IMG/VR virus record: IMGVR_UViG_2657244940_000011 | DNA length: 5,563 bases | Source of the DNA: a virus | Taxonomy: Duplodnaviria > Heunggongvirae > Uroviricota > Caudoviricetes | Direction: 5' to 3' (one strand) | Part shown: positions 1 through 5,271 of the stretch, piece by piece | Numbering within the stretch: the stretch's first letter is position 1 | How the letters are laid out: the number at the start of each line of letters is the position of its first letter | Notes under the pieces: generated by a model | What the model was told of the DNA's origin: nothing | The model's database searches: none | The model's input: only the letters and a program-made list of their open reading frames with translations | Position numbers and translations under genes: made by a program

Positions 1-41
1 GGTTAGCCTCTTACGTGCCGAAAGGCAAGGAGAAGCAGGCT

Positions 42-197
42 ATGAAGCAGCAAAAGGCGATGTTAATCGCCCTTATCGTCATCTGTTTAACCGTCATAGT
101 GACGGCACTGGTAACGAGGAAAGACCTCTGCGAGGTACGAATCCGAACCGGCCAGACGGAGGTCGCTGTCTTCACAGCTTACGAACCTGAGGAGTAA
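42..197 (+). CDS. hokD: Hok/Gef-family type I membrane toxin (51 aa; HokD/RelF-like)
   Basis: Translation MKQQKAMLIALIVICLTVIVTALVTRKDLCEVRIRTGQTEVAVFTAYEPEE has the Hok signature (hydrophobic helix, TRK-LCE-R-R-G-EVA-F-AYE) and matches my recollection of HokD/RelF. AAGGAG at 27-32 sits 9 nt before ATG 42; TAA stop at 195-197. The ORF track starts at in-frame GTG 15, which would add a 9-aa extension and is judged less likely. Confidence 0.85.
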   Translation: MKQQKAMLIALIVICLTVIVTALVTRKDLCEVRIRTGQTEVAVFTAYEPEE

Positions 198-265
198 GAG
201 ACCCAGCGGGGGAGAAATCCCTCGCCGCCTCTGATGTGTCAGGCATCCTCAACGCACCCGCACTT

Positions 266-286
266 AACCCGCTTCGGCGGGTTTTT
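266..286 (+). terminator. Intrinsic terminator downstream of hok
   Basis: Hairpin cccgc(268-272)-ttcg-gcggg(277-281) followed by TTTTT (282-286). Confidence 0.6.
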
Positions 287-412
287 CGTCGCATTATGAG
301 GTTGTAATTTTAGCTACCATGAGACTATCCTAAGGATCTCAAACAGATCTATTTTGTATCAAATTTGGTGCATGGCTTTGCCAATAATCGGAAAACAAAA
401 GGACTCATTAGT

Positions 413-592
413 ATGAGCTGCCCACTCAAAAAACACACGCGGTTGAGTATTCCGCCTCGCGATAAAAGCGTTGTGGCAGTCCCTCGCCCAGTGATTGATG
501 AAAACTGCGCACATCGTGAACAAGTGAAAAATGCTTTTGATTTCGGTTTTTCTCGTTATGAGAAAGCCATGGAAGAACTTTCAAAAGTGTAA
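413..592 (+). CDS. Small protein (59 aa) immediately upstream of the Doc-family toxin; candidate cognate antitoxin of unrecognised family
   Basis: ATG 413 is preceded by AGGA at 400-403 (9-nt spacing); TAA stop at 590-592, 10 nt before the toxin ORF. The ORF track extends it to TTG 365 (75 aa), which has no Shine-Dalgarno. Size and position fit a type II antitoxin, but the sequence does not resemble Phd/YefM or YhfG by eye. Confidence 0.4.
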   Translation: MSCPLKKHTRLSIPPRDKSVVAVPRPVIDENCAHREQVKNAFDFGFSRYEKAMEELSKV

Positions 593-601
593 TGATGGGT
601 A

Positions 602-1096
602 TTGTACTCTATGGCTGAGATTGTTGAAGGAGTGCATTACCTTACGGTTGATGATCTTGTTGAAATCAATCATTCCCTAATTGAATTACAGACGCCAGAT
701 GAGCCCGTTGGTGTTCTGAGTCCAGATAACTTAAGTTCTTCTCAGGCCCGTCCCAGCATGGTTCGATGGTATGAACAGACTAATGACATGTTTGTACTGG
801 CATCGGTATTGATTGAAAGTCTGATTCAGAATCATCCGTTTGCTAATGCGAACAAACGAACAGCTATGATGGCTGGTTACGTCTTCTTGTTGTTGAATGG
901 CTATGAGTTAACAGCACCAGGCGATGAAATCGTGGAAATGGCAGAGGGACTGGCCTGCAAAACCTATACTCGAGAAGATCTCGAGAACTGGTTGTGTTAT
1001 TGGTCTCGCGCGTATGACAGCCGGGAATTATGTAAAACAAGCGCAACTATTGTTTTGTATGAAACTATCAAGCTTAAAATAGAACAGCAAAACTAA
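602..1096 (+). CDS. Doc (death-on-curing) / Fic-family toxin
   Basis: The product contains HPFANANKR (nt 833-859), which fits the Doc variant of the Fic motif H-x-F-x-[DN]-[AG]-N-K-R. Start is TTG 602 or ATG 611 (both in frame; upstream in-frame TGA at 593-595); TAA stop at 1094-1096. Confidence 0.8.
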   Translation: MYSMAEIVEGVHYLTVDDLVEINHSLIELQTPDEPVGVLSPDNLSSSQARPSMVRWYEQTNDMFVLASVLIESLIQNHPFANANKRTAMMAGYVFLLLNGYELTAPGDEIVEMAEGLACKTYTREDLENWLCYWSRAYDSRELCKTSATIVLYETIKLKIEQQN

Positions 1097-1114
1097 AGGT
1101 GCTTCCAATGAAAA

Positions 1115-1134
1115 CCCGCTTCGGCGGGTTTTTT
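1115..1134 (+). terminator. Intrinsic terminator downstream of the Doc-family gene
   Basis: Hairpin cccgc(1115-1119)-ttcg-gcggg(1124-1128) followed by TTTTTT (1129-1134), then A and TTTT. Stem and loop are identical to the terminator at 266-286. Confidence 0.65.
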
Positions 1135-1187
1135 ATTTTAATGGACTAAATTTTAGCCAATTCTTCTATTTAACCGACCAGGGTTTG

Positions 1188-1215
1188 TTGATTAGCTGGT
1201 ATGCCTGACTAGAAT
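1188..1215 (+). promoter_or_regulatory. Candidate sigma70 promoter for the 1297-1557 operon
   Basis: TTGATT (1188-1193), 16-bp spacer, TAGAAT (1210-1215); located between the upstream terminator and the next gene. Confidence 0.3.
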
Positions 1216-1296
1216 CGATGCACTTAAGTAGCGCGCAGGGAGAAGAGGGATGGACCCCAAACAGGGGAGTGCTATTTATCTGGAAGGATTCTGTTG

Positions 1297-1557
1297 ATGA
1301 AAATCAAAGAATTACGTGAAATTTTTAGTGAAGATGGCCTCTATACTGTGCGCGTTGAGAATGGCGCAATTGTCAGCCACTGCCGTATTAAATGTTTACA
1401 GTCTCAACAAAGGAAGAGTGGAGCTGCGTTAATTCATTTGGTGGATGGGCTTGTGACGGATGGTTTTATTTTGCGTGCAAATGAATTTGTCACATCGTTG
1501 CCGTCTCTGAAAGAAGCTGGGATTAAGGCTGGTTTTTCTGCTTTTGAAGATGAGTGA
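1297..1557 (+). CDS. Hypothetical small phage protein (86 aa), nin-region; sits where rem lies in K-12 Qin as I recall it
   Basis: ATG 1297 is preceded by AAGGA at 1284-1288 (8-nt spacing); TGA stop at 1555-1557. The ORF track starts one codon earlier at TTG 1294. No recognisable motif; product identity not verifiable here. Confidence 0.55.
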   Translation: MKIKELREIFSEDGLYTVRVENGAIVSHCRIKCLQSQQRKSGAALIHLVDGLVTDGFILRANEFVTSLPSLKEAGIKAGFSAFEDE

Positions 1558-1623
1558 ATTCATCTACAATTCAGCGCAGGGCTGAACCCCTGTTGAGTAA
1601 CACTGTGCCACCGGAGAAAGCCG

Positions 1624-1902
1624 ATGGCGCAAAATTCCAGACTACACAATTCTGATAATTCAGCCGCCTTTGCCAGCAGGCACGGGCGGCGCTCTCATGC
1701 ATTCAAATATGACTGGTATCAGCACGATCCCTGCACCGAAGAACAGGCTGAATGGCTGATTCAGCGCTACCGCAGACACGGATACGAGATTAAGAAAGCC
1801 CTCAGCCTCGATTATCGTCTCTGGATAATCTACGTCAGACTCCCTTATTCCGAACGCCCACCGCGTCCGTCCCGCACATTCCAGCAACGCATCTGGAGGT
1901 AA
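1624..1902 (+). CDS. Hypothetical basic protein (92 aa)
   Basis: ATG 1624 is preceded by GGAG at 1613-1616 (7-nt spacing). The TAA stop at 1900-1902 lies 1 nt before the GTG start of the next gene, implying translational coupling. Confidence 0.5.
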   Translation: MAQNSRLHNSDNSAAFASRHGRRSHAFKYDWYQHDPCTEEQAEWLIQRYRRHGYEIKKALSLDYRLWIIYVRLPYSERPPRPSRTFQQRIWR

Positions 1903-1903
1903 C

Positions 1904-2968
1904 GTGCGGGTATTACTTCGACCTGTTCCGGTACCGGAACTTGGGCTGGTGGTGCTAAAACCGGGCCGTGAATCCATGCAGGTATTTCATAACCCTCGAG
2001 TTCTGGTGGAGCCGGAACCGAAAAGCATGCGCGGTCTGCCGTCCGGAGTCGTTCCTGCCGTTCGCCAGCCATTGGCGGAGGATAAATCACTACTGCCATT
2101 TTTCAGCGATGAGCGGGTGATTCGTGCTGCTGGCGGTGCTGGTGCGCTGTCTGACTGGCTGTTACGCCACGTTAAATCCTGCCAGTGGCCACACGGCGAT
2201 TATCATCACAGCGAAACCGTCATACATCGTTATGGTATCGGCGCAATGGTGTTGTGCTGGCACTGCGACAACCAGCTGCGTGACCAGACCTCCGAATCAC
2301 TCGGGCAACTTGCTCATCAAAACCTGTCAGCATGGATGATTGACGTCATACGTCACGCAATCAGCGGTACGCAGGAGAGGGAGTTATCGCTGGCCGAATT
2401 ATCCTGGTGGGCGGTCTGCAATCAGGTGGCTGATGCGCTTCCGGAGTCTGTATTGCGTCGTTCACTGGGATTACCGGTGAAAAAAATCCGCTCCGTATAC
2501 AGTGAGAGCGACATCGTACCGGGAGAACAGACAGCCACCAGCATACTGAAGCAGCGCACAAAAAATATTGCGCTACCGCTTCACGTCCACCAGCACCAGC
2601 AACAGAACCCACCACAGGAAAAGACGGTGGTCAGCATTGCCGTTGATCCGGAGTCACCGGCTCAGTATCTCCAGCGCCAGAAACCACAACGGGAAGAGAT
2701 GCCTGTATACACGCGCTGGGTAAAAACGCAGAAATGCATGACGTGCGGTAATCAGGCAGATGATCCGCATCACATCATTGGTCATGGACTGGGAGGGATG
2801 GGAACAAAGGCTGACGATTTGTTTGTTATTCCGTTGTGCCGTAAATGCCATAACAAACTACATGCCGGAGTAAAAGATTTTGAAGAAAAACACGGCAGTC
2901 AGTTGTTGTTGCTGATTCGTTTTTTAATGCACGCGAGAAATTCGGGTGTTCTGAAGTGGAAAGCATAA
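1904..2968 (+). CDS. DUF968-type prophage protein (YdfU-like) with C-terminal HNH/zinc-finger-like motif
   Basis: 354-aa ORF starting at GTG 1904 with GGAGG at 1895-1899. The C-terminus carries CMTC...DPHH...CRKCHNKLH (nt ~2735-2865), a CxxC...HH...CxxCH-N-x2-H arrangement typical of HNH-like nucleases. It sits directly upstream of rusA as in lambdoid nin regions. Family name is from memory of K-12 YdfU. Confidence 0.75.
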   Translation: MRVLLRPVPVPELGLVVLKPGRESMQVFHNPRVLVEPEPKSMRGLPSGVVPAVRQPLAEDKSLLPFFSDERVIRAAGGAGALSDWLLRHVKSCQWPHGDYHHSETVIHRYGIGAMVLCWHCDNQLRDQTSESLGQLAHQNLSAWMIDVIRHAISGTQERELSLAELSWWAVCNQVADALPESVLRRSLGLPVKKIRSVYSESDIVPGEQTATSILKQRTKNIALPLHVHQHQQQNPPQEKTVVSIAVDPESPAQYLQRQKPQREEMPVYTRWVKTQKCMTCGNQADDPHHIIGHGLGGMGTKADDLFVIPLCRKCHNKLHAGVKDFEEKHGSQLLLLIRFLMHARNSGVLKWKA

Positions 2969-3334
2969 ATGACCGAACGCATAGAATTTGTTTTGCCTTA
3001 CCCGCCGACGGTGAACACTTACTGGCGACGCCGTGGCAGCACATATTTTGTATCAAAAGCCGGGGAGCGTTATCGCCGGGCAGTGGCGCTTATTGTTCGC
3101 CAGCAGCGGCTGAAATTAAGCCTGTCCGGAAGGCTGGCGATAAAGGTGATTGCAGAGCCACCGGATAAGCGTCGTCGCGACCTGGACAACATTCTGAAAG
3201 CACCGCTGGATGCGCTGACGCATGCGGGAGTGCTCATTGATGACGAGCAGTTTGATGAAATCAATATTGTACGTGGTCAGCCAGTATCTGGTGGACGGCT
3301 GGGTGTGAAGATTTACAAAATTGAGAGTGAGTGA
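2969..3334 (+). CDS. rusA: Crossover junction endodeoxyribonuclease RusA (Holliday junction resolvase)
   Basis: 121-aa product with PDKRRRDLDN...DAL...DD...GGRL, matching the RusA catalytic-region pattern as I remember E. coli RusA. ATG 2969 directly abuts the upstream TAA (2966-2968). Confidence 0.9.
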   Translation: MTERIEFVLPYPPTVNTYWRRRGSTYFVSKAGERYRRAVALIVRQQRLKLSLSGRLAIKVIAEPPDKRRRDLDNILKAPLDALTHAGVLIDDEQFDEINIVRGQPVSGGRLGVKIYKIESE

Positions 3335-3897
3335 GCGTAAATATGATATATCCGGAAATTACAGGCAAAAGCGGCGAGCATTTACGCCTAAAAACGCTGG
3401 AAGCAGTCTGGATCCAAGGGCGATTACGGATGTGGGGGCGTTGGTCGTATATTGGCGGCGGTAAGACGGGAAATATGTTCAACCAATTACTGACCTCTAA
3501 AAAGCTGACAAAAACGGCAATTAACGAGGCGCTCCGGAGGATGAAAAAAGCTGGTCTGGACAAACCTGAACTTGAGGCTTTTTTGCGGGATATGATCAAC
3601 GGCAATCAAAAAAGCTGGCTGGCACATTGTACCGATTCAGAGGCGTTAATAATCGACAGGGTTATTGGCGAAGTCCTGGCAGGCTATCCCGGGCTGCTCA
3701 ATGTCCTGAGTCAGCGTTATGTGGGGCGGGGGATGACTAAGCGCAAAATGGCTGAACTGCTGAATGATGCACACCCGGAATGGAGTTTAAGAACCTGTGA
3801 AAGACGCATTGAGCATTGGCTAAAGGTGGCAGAATTTATTTTGTACAAACCAATGGTTATGGCTTTTGGTATAGAGAAAAAAGTTATTGCTTTTTGA
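3331..3897 (+). CDS. Late-gene antitermination protein Q (Q21/QuuD-like family)
   Basis: GTG 3331 overlaps the rusA stop (GTGA); an alternative start is ATG 3343. The N-terminal W-G-x-W...G...LLTSKK pattern resembles what I recall of QuuD. Position after rusA and just before a short leader plus strong terminator matches the canonical Q-PR'-tR' arrangement. TGA stop at 3895-3897. Confidence 0.7.
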   Translation: MSVNMIYPEITGKSGEHLRLKTLEAVWIQGRLRMWGRWSYIGGGKTGNMFNQLLTSKKLTKTAINEALRRMKKAGLDKPELEAFLRDMINGNQKSWLAHCTDSEALIIDRVIGEVLAGYPGLLNVLSQRYVGRGMTKRKMAELLNDAHPEWSLRTCERRIEHWLKVAEFILYKPMVMAFGIEKKVIAF

Positions 3898-3976
3898 CGT
3901 AAAAACTGCTTCAATTTCGGTACGCTTCGCAAAGCCGTACCACGAGGCGAATAGCAGACATGGACATTTGAAAGAG
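3867..3976 (+). promoter_or_regulatory. Putative late promoter PR' / qut region and short leader
   Basis: Placed by synteny (Q stop to tR'). Candidate elements are an extended -10 TGgTATAGA (3867-3875), TTGACG (3894-3899) and a hairpin ggtacg(3919-3924)/cgtacc(3936-3941). No consensus -35/-10 pair could be fixed by eye. Confidence 0.3.
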
Positions 3977-3998
3977 CCCGCTTTTTGCGGGTTTTTTT
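3977..3998 (+). terminator. Intrinsic terminator (tR'-like) ending a short post-Q leader transcript
   Basis: Hairpin cccgc(3977-3981)-ttttt-gcggg(3987-3991) followed by TTTTTTT (3992-3998). Confidence 0.7.
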
Positions 3999-4139
3999 AT
4001 GCCTGAAAAACGGCACAGAACATTAAACGCGCTGGTGGTTGCGAATACCGGTCTTTCAGCTTGCTGGCTTTTCCGACAAGAGTTATTGGTATGTTACGTT
4101 AACCAGAAAATGGAAAAAGACATGCTAAAACAGTAGGAT

Positions 4140-4319
4140 ATGACCGAAACCGCCAGAGTGGTGTTTAATGAATTAAGTGCCACCGAACCGGCGACAGTCG
4201 GGGAGATTGCGCAGAATACTTACCTTTCACGTGAACGCTGCCAGTTAATACTGACCCAGCTTGTTATGGCGGGGCTGGCAGACTATCAGTTCGGTTGTTA
4301 CAGACGCCTTCAGTCCTGA
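4140..4319 (+). CDS. Small helix-turn-helix-like protein (59 aa), absent from the ORF track because it is below 60 aa
   Basis: ATG 4140 to TGA 4317-4319 encodes MTETARVVFNELSATEPATVGEIAQNTYLSRERCQLILTQLVMAGLADYQFGCYRRLQS. The segment GEIAQNTYLSRERCQLIL looks like an HTH. AGGA at 4135-4138 is only 1 nt from the ATG (poor spacing), and an in-frame TAG lies at 4134-4136. The stop codon is inside the 3' stem of a strong terminator. Confidence 0.4.
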   Translation: MTETARVVFNELSATEPATVGEIAQNTYLSRERCQLILTQLVMAGLADYQFGCYRRLQS

Positions 4320-4329
4320 AGGCTTTTTT
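4306..4329 (+). terminator. Intrinsic terminator
   Basis: Hairpin gccttca(4306-4312)-gtcc-tgaaggc(4317-4323) followed by TTTTTT (4324-4329). Confidence 0.65.
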
Positions 4330-4422
4330 ATTTGTGGTAAATGGGCGGCTGGTGGGTGTGGTGGTTGTTGCTTTCCCGTTGCTGAAAAAGAAAGCATCAG
4401 GCGATTAGCAGGGTATCAGTTA

Positions 4423-4673
4423 CCCGTTGAAATTTTTAAATACCTCACAATTCAGGCGGTTGACTGTTGTCTGGTTTGCGGGGAGTTTGTTAAAAGAAAC
4501 TGGCATGGTGAATCCCCCTGTGCGGAGGGGCAATCAGCGACTGGTGTTTTGTCACCGACCCTTATCCTTTCTGTGCGGGTTCAGGTGCTGATACTGAACT
4601 CACCGGGAGGCACCCGGCATCATGCAATGGCACATAGCGCCACTCTCCAGCCCCTCTCCGGAGGGGCTTTTCT
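4423..4673 (+). repeat. Tandem repeat unit A (~250 bp) carrying three conserved GC-rich hairpins
   Basis: Shares with unit B: cccgtt(g/a)aat at the start, ctcacaattcag (4444-4455), TTGAC (4460), gcatggtgaatccccctg(t/a)gcggaggggc (H1, stem 4515-4530), ctgaactcaccgggaggcacccggca (H2, 4594-4619, 26/26 identical) and agcccctctccggaggggcttt (H3, 4649-4670, 22/22 identical). Confidence 0.6.
4650..4673 (+). terminator. Intrinsic terminator (hairpin H3 of repeat unit A)
   Basis: gcccctc(4650-4656)-tccg-gaggggc(4661-4667) followed by TTTTCT. Confidence 0.55.
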
Positions 4674-4861
4674 GTGCCGGATACATCACAGTTTCTGGAA
4701 CCTTAGGTACTACAGTATCAGTCAGGGTGCTATATTTTCAGATGTGATGAAAGCCTGTCAGCAGGCAGGGCGTATCGGAAATGACCCAGTAGAGAAAACG
4801 TTGACTCAGATACCGGTGCTGAGTTACCGGGAAACCGGCATCACATGACCGCTATCCTTCT

Positions 4862-4889
4862 AGGCCCATCCGCTCCGGTGGGCCTTTTT
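4862..4889 (+). terminator. Intrinsic terminator preceding repeat unit B
   Basis: aggccca(4862-4868) ... tgggcct(4879-4885) with an internally paired loop (ccg-ctc-cgg), followed by TTTTT (4885-4889). Confidence 0.6.
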
Positions 4890-4906
4890 ACTGCAGAAAA
4901 CAGGTT

Positions 4907-5160
4907 CCCCGTTAAATGCTATGTTGCTCACAATTCAGTAAGTTGACAGTTGCCTGTCAGACTGGGCATTTGTTAAAAAAATTTCGCATGGTGAATCCCC
5001 CTGAGCGGAGGGGCGACTGGTGACGGTATAATCTCTGATTATCAAAACGAGAATGACGCGGGTTTAGTGGCACCGGGCTGAACTCACCGGGAGGCACCCG
5101 GCACCATGTGCATGATGATACAGATACGCGGCTTTAGCCCCTCTCCGGAGGGGCTTTCTT
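4907..5160 (+). repeat. Tandem repeat unit B (~250 bp), diverged copy of unit A, offset ~484 bp
   Basis: Same three hairpins at nearly the same spacing as unit A (H1 stem 4998-5013; H2 stem 5087-5101; H3 5137-5154), with diverged spacers. Also carries the palindrome tgacag-ttgc-ctgtca (4944-4959) and a perfect TATAAT (5027-5032). Confidence 0.6.
5137..5160 (+). terminator. Probable intrinsic terminator (hairpin H3 of repeat unit B)
   Basis: gcccctc-tccg-gaggggc followed by an interrupted T-run TTTCTT; weaker than the unit A copy. Confidence 0.4.
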
Positions 5161-5166
5161 GTGGGC

Positions 5167-5191
5167 AAAAAAAGCCCGAGTGGGTTCGGGC
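5167..5191 (-). terminator. Hairpin with A-tract on the + strand, i.e. a terminator-like structure for the - strand (or bidirectional with 5137-5160)
   Basis: AAAAAAA (5167-5173) then gcccga(5174-5179)-gtgggt-tcgggc(5186-5191); on the - strand this reads hairpin plus TTTTTTT. No - strand gene is visible downstream within the window. Confidence 0.35.
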
Positions 5192-5246
5192 AACAGCATG
5201 AGATATACATTTTTATAATCGAATGGATTTTAACCAGAATTCATAA

Positions 5247-5271
5247 GGCTGCGCAACTGCGCGGCCTTTTT
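5247..5271 (+). terminator. Intrinsic terminator
   Basis: ggctgcgc(5247-5254)-aact-gcgcggcc(5259-5266), an 8-bp stem with one G-U pair, followed by TTTTT (5267-5271). Confidence 0.55.

Noticed and set aside
15-41. N-terminally extended Hok starting at GTG 15 (60 aa)
   Set aside because: The strong AAGGAG lies downstream of GTG 15 and is correctly spaced for ATG 42. Hok toxins are about 50 aa, so the extension is probably an ORF-finder artefact.
2124-3168. Plus-strand alternative-frame ORFs 2124-2339 and 2956-3168
   Set aside because: They lie inside the DUF968 and rusA coding regions in other frames, with no independent start signals.
864-4016. Minus-strand ORFs (864-1046, 1660-1977, 1845-2099, 2361-2615, 2654-2851, 2826-3056, 3070-3264, 3261-3605, 3717-4016)
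   Set aside because: All are antisense to well-supported + strand genes or span a + strand terminator. None has a convincing ribosome-binding site and several are Arg/Pro/Ser-rich as expected from reverse reading of coding DNA. Treated as shadow ORFs.
3999-4103. 34-codon ORF beginning at ATG 3999 inside the tR' T-run
   Set aside because: No ribosome-binding site; the start lies within the terminator. Likely fortuitous.
4261-4848. 195-aa + strand ORF from the six-frame track
   Set aside because: It starts at TTG with no Shine-Dalgarno, overlaps the end of the 59-aa ORF, runs straight through three strong hairpins and terminators, and its sequence (GGCGGCC, low complexity) tracks the GC-rich hairpins rather than a protein. 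Most likely a chance open frame in structured non-coding DNA.
4423-5160. CRISPR array
   Set aside because: There are only two repeat copies of about 250 bp each with internal hairpins, not short regularly spaced direct repeats with unique spacers.
4606-5198. Small peptides initiated at ATG 4622 and ATG 5106, each 11 nt after the conserved GGAGG in hairpin H2
   Set aside because: The two predicted peptides (41 and 30 aa) share only the residues encoded by the conserved H3 hairpin (SPSPEGL) and are otherwise unrelated and not strongly hydrophobic. Conservation therefore sits at the RNA-structure level, not the protein level.
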